A stretch of 64,000 nt of DNA from Octopus sinensis (Eukaryota), in assembly GCF_006345805.1 (NCBI RefSeq), contig NC_043013.1, positions 29,822,001-29,886,000 on the forward strand, given 5' to 3'. The translations under genes were made by a program, and so were the position numbers. Positions 37,646 through 50,115 of this stretch are shown piece by piece; the stretch's first letter is position 1, and the number at the start of each line of letters is the position of its first letter. The notes under the pieces are model-generated. The model saw only the letters and a list, made by a program, of their open reading frames with translations. It was not told where the DNA came from and searched no databases.

Positions 37646-37801
37646 TGTATGTATGTATGTATGTATGTATGTATGTATGTATGTATGTATGTATGTAGAT
37701 GTGTGCGTGTATGTAGGTATCTGACAGTCTCTCTGTTCCGTTCTGTCTGTCTATTTCTCTTTCTTTCTATGTATGTATGCATGATTCTGTCTGTTTGTCT
37801 G

Positions 37802-37862
<61 letters not shown>

Positions 37863-37863
37863 A

Positions 37864-37897
<34 letters not shown>
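37616..37897. repeat. (ATGT)n and (ATCT)n tetranucleotide arrays
   Basis: Direct reading. Confidence 0.95.
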
Positions 37898-37900
<3 letters not shown>

Positions 37901-38199
37901 CGTCAGCTAACTTGCTAGATTCATAAGAATATTTAACAGCGACTTGTATATGTTTCTCATGAAAGAATAGTTACAAACGGGAAGCAAATGTCAAATAAAG
38001 GACCCTACCTAGAGAGTAAATATTTGCTGAAACGAATCACAACAGACGGTCAAATGTATCGATTTTATGAGCTCTTCTACCGATCTTTAATTTGTCAACA
38101 GTGATTAAATACAACATGCGAGGAGTATTTGAGGATACGTAATTATCGTTATATCGCCCCCTTCAAAATAATAAAATTTTTATTCTCTTTCAGATACCA

Positions 38200-39240
38200 T
38201 ATGACAGATAAAATACTAACAATAGAAATGAAAAGACCTACAGCTATCGTTGTCATATGAGCTGAATACGACGATTTAGAAAGTGTTTACTTTCTAAATG
38301 CGCACGGCAAAATCTTTTGCACACAAATTTCGGATGGAATGTCTCAACTGTATCGCATAGAAAGAAACGATCTAAATCATTCGGATATTATAACAAAACT
38401 GCAATTCATCCAACCGTGTCAATGCATTATCGATGATGATTCCGGAAGTTCAATGAAGATCATCGAAAAAGAACTTCTGGTGCCCGAGTAGATTATCAAA
38501 ACTATGGTGCACGATGTCTTTCGATCCAAGTCATATGTACTGATCGTATGTGCTAAGGTGAGGCCGATTCATGCCTTCAAACACACAGGAAGGCCGTCTG
38601 GTCCGTGCCAAGCGGTTGCATAAGAAGTATAAAGGCCTTCACGAACATAGCATGCTTTGGTTCTTTGATATTAAAAACTTCGACCAAACTAAAGTGTAAC
38701 AGGAAAAATGACAGATGGTCATGTGCAACTCCTGATGTTCCCTGAGTAACGCACTCTAAGTCTCTAACAATTGTGAATGTTTTAGGAGGGGTGAGTAGGG
38801 AACATCAAATTACAACACTTCAGATCATTTCGCAGAGTCTTATAATTAATGCTACTGGATACTCTGATGAGACAATTTCTAAGCCCTTGATAGATGAAGT
38901 ACACAATGGAAGGCACCGAGTTTTATTTCAACAGGACTCTTCACCTTAAAAATGCCACATAATCCGAGAATGGATGTCTGACGAGTACTATGATCTTGTA
39001 ACACTAAACTTCTGACCTCCAAACTCGCTCGATTCAGATCCAATGGGCCACTACGTTTGGAGCGTTGCTTGTAAGAGAAGGTAATCGGAATCGTCACAGT
39101 ACCAATAGCTTCACTGAAGGTCTCCATTGTCCAGGAGATATCCGAAATGAATACGGACCATTTAGTGTAGGCATGTCAATGATTCGAGTCCTACATTGAA
39201 GCATTCATCGAAGCTGAATGCGTTTTCATAAAATAATCGT
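38200..39240 (+). pseudogene. Decayed maT/DD37D-like transposase
   Basis: IIDDDSGSSMK, NRKNDRW, FQQDSSP ... F*PPNSLDSDPMGHYVW, IEAFIEAECVFIK*; many stops and frameshifts; TIRs not located. Confidence 0.7.
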
Positions 39241-39760
39241 ATAGGAAACCTTACGGGAAATGTGCACAAATGTTTATTAAAATATATTTGGCTTTTCCTA
39301 GATTGGAGTCGTTTTATTAAATTACCAAATATGTTCTCAAATAGCTTTCGCTCCATGTATAGACTTGCGTTAGAAAAAAGGCTCTTGAAAAGTAAATAGC
39401 GCAGAACTATGGTATTTAAAAATAAGAGCTCCGGCGAAACGGAAGATAATCGAATATTAAGTAAAAAAGATCGTGGAAAAGTAGTAACTGAAAATACCGT
39501 TTTCTTTAATATATACATAAATAGAAAGCGGTAATTTGAAAATCAAGGGGATAGAGAGAGAGAAGGTGAGAAAAGAGGAAAATACAGAAGTCTCTGCGGG
39601 ATATTTTATACAAGTAAACAAAAGGTACAGGTGAGAGAAAAGGGAAGGCCATAAAACAGGAGCATAAGAATCAAAAGGGGAAGGAAAACAACTGATAAAA
39701 ATGTAAATTATAACAATAATGAATAGTTAATAAGAGGTAAAATAAGTTCAAGAAAAAATA

Positions 39761-40114
39761 TTATGAACAAAATCGATCTATAATACACAGTATATCAAAG
39801 TTATGATAAATATTAATAAGCAAACGAAAACAGATCGTTATACTCATGCATACCAAAATATAAATAAATAGATGCAGGTGGGTGCGCATACACACACACA
39901 CACACACATGCGCGCGCACACACACACACACACACATATATATATACATGCATACATAAATATGTGTGTGTGTGTAATTTACGTGTATGCTTGAATTGTT
40001 TATGTATTCCTTCGTATGTCAGTGCATAACGCAGCATTCCACTTTGTTTACCGATTTAATATTTAATATCTTAACTTTGATATACTGTGTATTATGGATC
40101 GATTATATTCATAA
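39761..40114. repeat. Imperfect inverted repeat (~55-bp arms) around a (CA)n tract
   Basis: gatctataatacacagtatatcaaagtta versus taactttgatatactgtgtattatggatc. Confidence 0.75.
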
Positions 40115-40505
40115 CAATTCTTTTTTTCTGAACATTATCGCCTTATGAATTATTCATTTTTATATCCCAATGAAGAATGCATTTGCCTTAAATAAAAATT
40201 TAATCTCTTTTGAGCTCAATTTTCACTTTTTAACTCATCTTCTCTGTCCCCTCTCCCCTATCTACAGTTTACCTGAATAAAAGAAAGAAAATGAGATGTT
40301 TTCAAATGTAATGCTTACTCCCTCTCATTTTCTCACTTATCCTTTATCTATCACTAAATGTTTTCAAAAATGAACTCTATTTCTCTGTGAGTTTTACACT
40401 ATAACCTAATATTCGTGTGCCATGCGTTTTAGTTTATCTTTTAAAAGCCTTTCGTTTTTATTTGTTTACTGCCCACATTGCTTGCTCCCTTGAAATATTG
40501 TGCAT

Positions 40506-40537
<32 letters not shown>

Positions 40538-40759
40538 GCTATCGATCGATCGTTCGATTAAAAAGATCGTAGGAGCGAAACTTTCGACCGTATGTTATGA
40601 ATCATTAATATACACACATACATAAATACATACATACATACATTCATATATACATATACATACATACATACATACATACATACATACATACATACAACAG
40701 TCGAATAATGAACATTTGGGTCTCGAACTCTGCATTCAATAAAACAGTGGCCCACAACG

Positions 40760-41470
40760 TGTTTGCATTGCCAGTACTCACACCAAAATTAGAGCTGTTT
40801 GATTGGACGCTTCATGAGATCCGAGATATTGACGTGAAAACCTAGAAGACACTAATCAGCGCATAATTTCCACACCAACAGTGACGTAGATCGTCTCTAT
40901 CTAAAAAGGAAAACAAGGCGGCAGACTGTCTTTGAATGTCGTATCATATCCATTCGTCAGGATCTATTAACCATCGAGTGTCAAAGCGCGCCCCTTGACT
41001 AAGTTTTCCCACACGTGGCTGCTAACATCATAAGACATGCAAAGTAGTTCCTTGAGTAGCATTCTTTGTCTTATAACTTTAAATACATGTCCGAAGAAGT
41101 TACACGATTGTATAGCAATGTATCATGCAGCAGAAGGCCATGCATAGATATGTTGATAGGAAGCTCCGACGTGATAATAACATTGGTCATCAAAGTAGTC
41201 TAGCATGGATCACTTCCTACTTTGAAGGGTATGCGCTTGCAATCGAGGTACAGGAAATATAAACCAGTTACTCTATTCGGATTACAAGTTCAGGTTTATA
41301 CCAGTAATTATTGGGGCATTGGGATATGTAACAAACTGCCTAAATACCAATCTTGAGAAATTAGGCTTCCCAAAATCAGCAAAGAACAAGCTGATTCGAA
41401 GACTACAGATCCAGTCCATCAGTGGAATTGTAATAATTTGTAATACTTTCAAGAAGTTTATTATTTAGGC
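40760..41470 (+). mobile_element. Internally deleted R4/Dong-like non-LTR remnant
   Basis: FALPVLTP, NSDVDRLYLKRK, ITSYFEGYALAI, YSDYKFRFIPVIIGALGYVTNCL. Confidence 0.75.
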
Positions 41471-41614
41471 ATATATGTGCACGTCTAGATACGCAACAAT
41501 ATGCATGGGAATACATACACAAAACAAAGCATACAAATCTGCACGTATACATACACACATACAAAAGTATATGGATGTGTGTGAATTAATATATACCTGT
41601 ATCTCTTTATATAG

Positions 41615-41631
41615 ATCTATCTATCTATCTA

Positions 41632-41675
<44 letters not shown>

Positions 41676-41676
41676 A

Positions 41677-41738
<62 letters not shown>

Positions 41739-41739
41739 A

Positions 41740-41774
<35 letters not shown>

Positions 41775-41775
41775 A
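41615..41775. repeat. (ATCT)n array
   Basis: Direct reading. Confidence 0.95.
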
Positions 41776-41831
41776 TATATATATATATGCATCCATTTAG
41801 TCTCCATTTTCTTCTTGTTTTCCCTATGTCC

Positions 41832-41870
<39 letters not shown>

Positions 41871-41952
41871 TATAGGATAAAATTTATTTCGGGAAAAAAA
41901 TTTTATCAATGGCCAGCATATCAAAAAATGCCTTTAAAGGTAAAATTTATAC

Positions 41953-42063
41953 ATAATTTACAAGATAAGGGCAGAAGAAAAATTCTAATGCCAAATATGC
42001 CAATATCCCAAATATGCATATTTGGCATTAGAATTTTTCTTCTGCCCTTATCTTGTAAATTAT
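41953..42063. repeat. Perfect 48-bp inverted repeat with 15-nt spacer
   Basis: 41953-42000 is the exact reverse complement of 42016-42063. Confidence 0.95.
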
Positions 42064-42078
42064 ATATATATATATATA

Positions 42079-42472
42079 GGGAAAATGAGGTAGAAGAAAT
42101 TGGAGAATAAATGGATGTAATTCGTGATTTATTTGCATGTTGTAAAAAGATGACGTCTTTTAAAAAAACATTACAAATAAATTGATTTCAAGTTGAAAGC
42201 TAAACAAAAATTAAGATAACAAAAAAAATGAGCCTGAATGTGGCAAATTCCTTGGCATTAAACAATATGCTTGGAAATTCCCATCAACTCGGTGGTAAAA
42301 CAGAAACATATATGTAGTTTCTTTTTTCTGTTTTTATCTTATTTTTTTGAGCTTTCAATTTTCATTCAATTTATTTATTTGTAATGTTTTTTTAAAAAAC
42401 GTCATGTTTTTACAACATGCAAATAAATCTGTAATTACATCCAATTATTCTCCATTCTCTTGTTTTTTCCCC
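42079..42472. mobile_element. Foldback/MITE-like element with ~150-bp imperfect TIRs
   Basis: gggaaaa...ggagaata...ggatgtaatt...gatttatttgcatgttgtaaaaa mirrored at 42322-42472 ending ttttcccc. Confidence 0.75.
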
Positions 42473-42601
42473 GAATAATGACAATTTCAATAATGCTATA
42501 CATATACCAATGACTTTACCATTATATGATACAGATTAAAATATTGGAATACCTTGGATTATATATAATCCCTAATGAGGATACGACTTACTCGAATCAA
42601 C

Positions 42602-42836
42602 GTGGAGGCGCGTGGCTTAGTGGTAACGGTTTTGGAGTGATGATCGTAAGATTATGGTTTCGATTCCTGGACCGGGCGATGCGTTGTGTTCTTAAGTATA
42701 AAATACTTCATTTCACGTTGCTCCTGTCGACTCTGAGTAATTCTGCAACGGACAAGCGTCCCGTTCAGGTGGCGAATATATACGCCACTCAAACCGAGAA
42801 ACCAGCCCTTTTGAACCTGGCATGGCTCGAGAAGGA
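42602..42836 (+). mobile_element. tRNA-derived SINE
   Basis: tggcttagtgg A-box, ggtttcgattcc B-box. Confidence 0.7.
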
Positions 42837-43234
42837 CACACACACACATACAGATATATATATATATATATACATATATATACATACATACATACATACA
42901 TATATACATGCATATTCACACACACAGATACACACACACGTTAAGTAAGAAAACGGAGAGGATATAAAATCGACAGACATCAGCCATTAAACTTTCAATT
43001 GTATTGGATGAATACTCACACATGTATGAGTGGCAGAGATTGGCGAGTGGAAAAAATATGGTAACTGCATAAGCAAGGGTGTGAATATAGACAAGTATAT
43101 AGGGACAAATTAGCAAAAATATAAATGTGTGTGCAGATACTAGTTCCTATAGATACATACATACATACATACATACAAACATACATATATATACACACAT
43201 ACATATACATACATAAACATATACATATACATAC

Positions 43235-43267
<33 letters not shown>

Positions 43268-43292
43268 CACATATATATATACATATATATAA

Positions 43293-43335
<43 letters not shown>

Positions 43336-43360
43336 TATATACCTACATATGTATATATAT

Positions 43361-43402
<42 letters not shown>

Positions 43403-43422
43403 CATATATTTACATATATACT

Positions 43423-43655
43423 CTGTATGGATGGTGGGAAAATGAAGTTGAGGTATCGTCCAGTAGAGGTCGGCTTGCGGTATACGGATGTACTGAATTC
43501 ATACTTGATGCATGTTAGTAATAACATCAGGATTGTCTTTTTTCTTTTTCCACTGTGAACTGTATGGTTGGCTTTATTGAGTTTACATCATCTAAATGCA
43601 CTTGGACATCTTCCTGGTGGGACCAGAGTATAAAGATGTCATCAACATATCGTAG
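43423..43655 (-). mobile_element. Inverted partial duplicate of the Penelope-like RT segment
   Basis: Reverse complement of 43674-43905; starts at the same ctacgatatgttgatgac. Confidence 0.9.
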
Positions 43656-43673
43656 TAAAAACCAACACTATGG

Positions 43674-44515
43674 CTACGATATGTTGATGACACCTTTATA
43701 ATCTGGCCCCACCAGGAAGATGTCCCAAGTGCTGTTAGATCATGTGAACTCAATAGAGCCATCCATACAGTTCACAATGGAAAAGGAAAAAGACAATCCT
43801 GGAGGTATTACTAACACGCATCAAGTATGAATTCAGGACATCCGTATATCGCAAGCCGACCTTTACAGGACGATACCTCAACTTCATTTCCCACCATCCA
43901 TACAGTGTAAAGAGATGAATTGCTCAGTGTCTAAAACATCGCGCAAAGAATATAAGTAAATATCGTGATACACACCACGAAGGAACGATCAAGCTCAATA
44001 ATGATCTGTTAAGCAACAACTACCTCAAAAGTATACTATCCACTCCAATTATGGAGAAGAGAAAGGATGATGCCAATAAACTGTTCACAGTCTGTCTACC
44101 GTATGTGAAAGGCCTTTCCGAAAAGATACAAAAGATATGCGGCCCATATGACATCATGGCAGTATTCGAGTAAAACCACCAATAGAAGAGAATATGACCA
44201 AAGACTCCGTGTACTCCATCCCATGCAGCTGTTTGTGGGATATACAAAAGCGAAGCATGCCACTCTCTCAAAATATGAGTAGACGAACATCGCAAAGCTG
44301 TGACACGAGGAGATATTGATAAATCGGGTATAACTGATCATGTATGGAGAAATGGAGACCACTTCCCCCTATGGGATTAAGTTAAAATAATAGGCAGAGA
44401 ACACCACTGGAAAATAAGAAAACTAAAGGAAGCAGCACATATGCTAGGACACCATAACCTCCTAAGCAGACCGAGCAGCATATGGGAACGGGTATTAAGG
44501 GAGAGGAGAATATTA
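43674..44515 (+). pseudogene. Penelope-like element RT and GIY-YIG endonuclease remnant
   Basis: RYVDDTFIIW, IQFTMEKE, VYRKPTFTGRYLNF..HHP, EHRKAVTRGDIDKSGITDHVW, RKLKEAAHM. Confidence 0.9.
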
Positions 44516-44556
44516 GATTTATAAGCCCTAAAATTAACTCCATGATTGTCCACGGG

Positions 44557-44647
44557 CATATGGCGTAGTGGTTAAGAGCGCGGGCTACTAAGCCCAAAAT
44601 TCCGAGTTTGATTCAAAGCAGTGACCTGAACAACAACAGTAATAATG

Positions 44648-44705
<58 letters not shown>

Positions 44706-44712
44706 CAACAAC
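44557..44712 (+). mobile_element. tRNA-like SINE head followed by (AAT)n
   Basis: tggcgtagtggttaagagcgcgggctactaa...gagtttgattc then trinucleotide tract. Confidence 0.65.
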
Positions 44713-44721
44713 ATAAAAAAA

Positions 44722-44860
44722 CAGGTTCGAAATTTTCCCAAGACACCTGAAGAAGGCTGGAGGGTATATCAGCCGAAACGTGTTAACAACAAACAAAATG
44801 AGGACAAATATCCGTCGAATGTAAATAATGTACATAATTCCTCATCTCTTAAATATAGAA
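44722..44860 (+). mobile_element. Penelope-type pLTR fragment with damaged minimal hammerhead (44742-44784)
   Basis: gacac-CTGAAGA-aggctggagggtatatcagcc-GAAACgtgtt; 3 nt shorter than the copy at 51766-51811. Confidence 0.7.
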
Positions 44861-44986
44861 CGGGATTCTTTCAATTTCCGTTTACCAAATCCACTCACAG
44901 TTGTCTAAGATGCTACGTAGCGGGACTGGACCCGGGACCACGTAGCTGCGAAGCAAGCTTCTTATCACACAGCCATTCCTGCGCCT
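44861..44986 (-). mobile_element. SINE family B, 5' fragment
   Basis: ttctttcaatttccgtttaccaaatccactcac ... cttcttatcacacagcc. Confidence 0.7.
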
Positions 44987-46018
44987 GTGTCATGTTACTT
45001 AAAACGGCCAAACCACGGATGTTAGTTTCTCAGAGGCGTAATTCTTTTTGGAAAATAATAGCTGAGTTTTGGTCATTTAGAAATGTACTTCACTACTTTC
45101 CCTTAGCCTGGCTTATATATTATGCAGCGATCCTCAAATAAATTATTTGAAATATATTGATTAGAGAAAGCATTAGTTCTTTGACTAAATATTGATTTTG
45201 ACAACTCTGCTCGATATGACAGCTACAAGAATATTTTGATTGGAACGTTCCTGGGACCCTTTCAGGGCACATGTTTACCTCCTTTGAGATATGTGCCTAC
45301 GTCATCTGATATTTTCCTCCATTGAAAATCGTATAATATATAATTTCAAATAGTTTCCACTTCTCTTAGTACTACACCAGCCTCTTGATGATTTTTATTT
45401 CGAAAGAGAGCGAATATTTTCACGATTAGTGTACTGTATGTATAAGATTCATGATTAAAAACATTTGCTAACTGTTCAAATGAATGATCCAAATAACGAC
45501 ATAAATCATTTAGCAATCTTGTCTGGTTGAAGGCGTATCTGCTATTCATAAATACTGTAACGTTTTAATTTAAATTACTCTTATGTTCCGCTGGCTGTCT
45601 TGAGAAGTCTGTGCTTATGTTCTATTAAATAGCTTCAAGCAGAAGCCTGACGAATTAAGTCTTGATTGGTGCCAATCTATCGTAGAGTGCATTTACAAAA
45701 GATGAGATGGTGTCATCCAGCTATCACTAGTTATATGAAGTGACGTAGCGTAGAATGATTTCTCCAGGAATATAACCGAGACATCATTAGCGATTTGAAT
45801 TGTTGACCTTTCAACTGGTTCTTAACTAATTTGTAAAATTCAGCAACTTTGAATCTATTTTGATAAATATCGTGATTCGAGAAATTTTAGCCGAAAATTT
45901 TGGACATTAACTGAACATGACAAGTATTAATATTTATATACCCGTAGGACATTATATCTACTCCACTAAGGTATACACACACACACGCACACACAAACAT
46001 ATATATGTGTATATATAT

Positions 46019-46286
46019 GTGGAGGCGCAATGGCCCAGTGGTTAGGGCAACGGACTCGCGGTCGTAGGATCGCGGTTTCGATTCCCAGACCGGGCGCTGT
46101 GTGTGTTTATTGAGCGAAAACACCTAAGAGCTCCACGAGTCTGCGGCTGTACTCTTTCACCACCCTTTCTTCTGTTGACCTGCTCCTTTAGACAGCGGGG
46201 TGGCGTCATTCGAAGGCTAAAACAATGCGAACGCATTGTGACCAGCGATGCGTAGCAACATCTGATGGTCTGGTCGGTCACGTGAT

Positions 46287-46293
<7 letters not shown>
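46019..46293 (+). mobile_element. SINE family C
   Basis: Head nearly identical to 11775-11870; different 3' part. Confidence 0.8.
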
Positions 46294-46325
<32 letters not shown>

Positions 46326-46940
46326 TATACATGTGTGCGTATGTGCTTGTGTAAATGTAAGTATATATAAATATATGTATATACCATATTTCATATTTCA
46401 TGGTGTGTAAGGTGCATTCTTAATTCGAGGACAAAATTTCTTTCTAAAATAAAATCGAAAGATATTAAAACTTTAGACGTATAAGCTTACTCAGGCAGTC
46501 TTAATAGGAACGATATCAGCTGATATTATTGTATAAAAAAAAACCCAAGGAAATAAAAGAATAATGTGGTTAAAAAAAAATTATAGGGCAGTAAAATATA
46601 ATCTTCATGGTTTAAAAATATTACTGTACTGAAAGGAAGTTATAAGTCATAAAAAACTCCACATCATTGCAGCTTCCTACGGAATCTGAAATTTCGGTAA
46701 AATCTCTTTCCATCTAAAATAGACTTCTCATTCAACCGGTGACTGCATTATGTCCACAACTGAGTATGTAAAATAAACTTGCCTAATTGCTTCTGGTGAC
46801 TAGAGTATCCCATTTCTTTGTATCTAAAATAAACTCACCCATTTTTGTCCAGCGACTATGTTGCAGGCGATGTTGCATAAACCAAACCATTAATATATAT
46901 TCAAGTGAGTGGAAAAACGAAAGAAAAAGGCACTCAATAT

Positions 46941-47169
46941 ATTTAGATGGGGTTTCCAATTTTGGCACAGGGCCAGTAATTTAGATGGGGTTTCCAATTT
47001 TGGCACAGAACCAGTAATTTCGATTACTTCGAACCCAGTGCGCAAATGGAAAGACAAAGGATGAAAGACAAAGTCGACCTAAATGGCAGTTGAACTTAGA
47101 ATGTAATGACGGACGAAATGCCATCAGGCATTTTGCCTGGCGTGGTAGCGATTCTGCCAATTCGCCGCC
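46941..47169 (-). mobile_element. SINE family A, diverged, with a 38-bp tandem duplication at its tail (starts 46941 and 46979)
   Basis: atttagatggggtttccaattttggcacag twice; gatgaaagacaaagtcgacc core; ttcgccgcc head. Confidence 0.75.
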
Positions 47170-48132
47170 GTCTTAGTGGAAGTTGAATATATTATTTTTT
47201 TAAGTAGTTCGATTCGGCGCTACCAGCTTCATTTTCAGTCATACAGTTCGAGATGTTTTCTTTTCTAATGCACTTGGTGCCATTGAGTTTGTCGATCTCA
47301 TTTCTAACAACACCATGTGATACACTTTGACCAATAGCAACCCATTTTCAAGTTGCCTTCATGGACCTCCCGTGGACCGTCATTCGGTAATCTGAGCCTG
47401 AATGAACCGGGTTTCTGTTAGAAACCTGCGAAACATTAAGTCACATGGAGCCGAATCGAACTGTTTGAAATAATAATAATAATAATGATCATAATAATAA
47501 TATGTATATAGGAGCATATGTTTATATATGGATGTATATAAACATATATGCATATCTATATCATATATATATATGCGTGTTTGTGTGTGTACTTGCGTGT
47601 GTGTTCGTAAAGATTTTCTGCCTATGAACAGTTATATCTCGACGTTACAATCTAAGACTCATAACGTTTCATTTTTATTTTTGCTTGGTGATATAACTTT
47701 CCGGAACGATGTTTGTCATGAAAGGTTTATCATAATTACCTCTTCAGATGGTTCTTGGATAAAGTTTCCTTTTATATTTTATGTGGCATGCTCCTCTGTT
47801 TGTTGTAAAATTTTACTGTCTTTTAAGTCGTTTGTTTCTGCTGTGAAATGTTTGTCTTTTAGGTTTATGGCCATAACTGAAAATTTGCAACGTCAAGAAA
47901 AGAAATCATTATATTCCATGAATAAACTACAAACAAGCAGAAATATGTATTAGGCCAATCGGAACGCAGGTGCAGACATGCTAACAAGTTATAAATATAT
48001 TAGATGTGGGCTCTGAACAAACTTGCATTTATTTCATTTCTAAGCCAATGTTAAAATGAATATTTGAAAGCCAGGCTAAAGAAATGTAGTGAAGTACATT
48101 TCTAAATGACCAAAACTGTAATACTAATGTAG

Positions 48133-48309
48133 GTTTCAAACTCTGGCACAATGCCAGCAAGTTTGGGGTTGGGGTACTAATATTTTCGACTCCGAAAAGG
48201 ATAAAAGCAAAAACGACCTGGGCAAAATTTGAACTCGAAACGTAATGACAGATGAAATATCCTTAAGCATTTTTGTTCACCATTATAACGGTTCTGCCAG
48301 CTTGCCGCC
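48133..48309 (-). mobile_element. SINE family A, diverged
   Basis: aatttgaactcgaaacgt...ctgccagcttgccgcc. Confidence 0.7.
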
Positions 48310-48832
48310 TTACTGTAATATCAACATTGACATTAAATTTGATAAAAACTTGCTTATTTTCATCATAGTTACGGACACCTGAGTAAATGAGGGATTGATG
48401 GGAACAACAGAAAATTATATATCGAGTTCGATTGTTAAAGTGTTTTCATGAACTGGAGATATTGATCTTTTTTTTATTATCAACGGCTATTTCAGCTTTA
48501 TTTTCAGACTGGCGATATGGGCGAAGTGTTTTATTGCCCGCCTGATTTTTTTGCTTCCTTTCAATTTTCTTGCTTTATATAACTCAGTCAAATTAAACAT
48601 GTAACGATAACAAAAAGTTGTTTTGATAAATAAATCTGGTGGAGTAAGGCAACAAGGTATCAACCTGTAATTAATTTCAGTTACGTGAACATTAAATAAA
48701 AACAGAATGCAGTAACGGGTATGTGATTCTTGAGTGCAGGGTGGCAAATTTCTTCGTGATATCAACTATTATATCGCATCATTGAAACATAGTTTAACTA
48801 TGACTTTTAATCATTAGTTTTTGGAGGATCTG

Positions 48833-48882
<50 letters not shown>

Positions 48883-49099
48883 AGAGACATGCGCACGCTC
48901 GTGTATACTGGTAGCATGCAACCTGGTACACGCTGCTAACCGGTCGGGTCGTCGGAATCTAAAGTGGCCACCCCACCAAGCTCACTTTGCAAGGAGGAGG
49001 ATTTATCGAAATCATGTAGGAGGATAAAACAAGATCCGTCAAAGGGTAGAACTCCGGAGAGTCAACGCCCACCCACTGTAACCAAGGATAGATAATCTT

Positions 49100-49637
49100 T
49101 TCTACTCTAGGTACGAGGTCCCAAATTTTTGGGGAGGGTCTAGTCGATTAGATCGACCCTAGTACGCAATTGGTACTTAATATATCGACCCCGAAAGGAG
49201 AAAAGGCAAATTCGACCGCGGCGGAATTTGAACTCAGAACGTAAAACAGACGAAATATTGCTAAGCATTTCACCCGGCGTTTTAACGATTTTGCTAGCTC
49301 ACCGCCTTGATAATAAATAAATAAATAAATAAATAAATAGATGATGATGATGACGACTACGAGGATGATGATGTATTCTACTATAGGCGCAAGCCTGAAA
49401 TTTTGGGGAGAGAATAGTCGATTACGTCGATTCCAGTACAAACAAGTGGTACGTATTTTATCGTCCCCGAAAGGATGAAAGATAAAGTCGACCTCTGCAG
49501 AATTTGAACTCAGTGCGTATAGATAGACGAAATGCCGATGAGCACTTTGCCGGCGCGCTAACGATTCAGCCTGCTCGTCGCCTTGATGATGATGATGATG
49601 ATGATGATGATAATAATAATAATAGTAATAGTAATAA

Positions 49638-49716
<79 letters not shown>

Positions 49717-50115
49717 AAGAAGAAAAAGAAGAAGAAGAACAAGAGGAAAAATAATAATTTTGACATAAGGCGAGTAATATCAGGTGATGGGAGTAAGCAT
49801 ATAAAATTGGTCCCAATGTTCAACTGGTACTTATTTTATTGGACTCAGCGGAATTTAAACTCAGAAGACGGAAAGAAAGATGCTAAGCATTCTACCCGTC
49901 GTGCTAACGATTCTGCCAATTTTCCACCTTAATAATCATAATAATAGTCCTTTCTATTAAAGGCACAAGGCCTGAAACTTTTGGGGAGGGAACTAGTTGA
50001 TTACATCGACCCCAGTGTTTCACTGCTACTTATTTCATCGACCCCGAAAGGATGAAAGGCAAACTCAACCTCGAGAGAATTTGAATGTAGCGACGGGTGA
50101 AATACAACTAAGCGT
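49100..50115 (-). mobile_element. Cluster of four same-orientation SINE family A copies separated by trinucleotide repeats
   Basis: Copies at about 49100-49306, 49375-49582, 49805-49928, 49950-50115. Confidence 0.8.
49585..49760. repeat. Compound (GAT)n(AAT)n(AGA)n microsatellite
   Basis: Direct reading. Confidence 0.95.

Noticed and set aside
45630-45760. LDWCQSIVECIYKR, RT-like snippet
   Set aside because: Too short and decayed to call; flanking motifs not found
48905-49085. GC-richer segment considered as an HDV-like ribozyme or LINE 5' UTR
   Set aside because: Could not assign the nested double pseudoknot by eye
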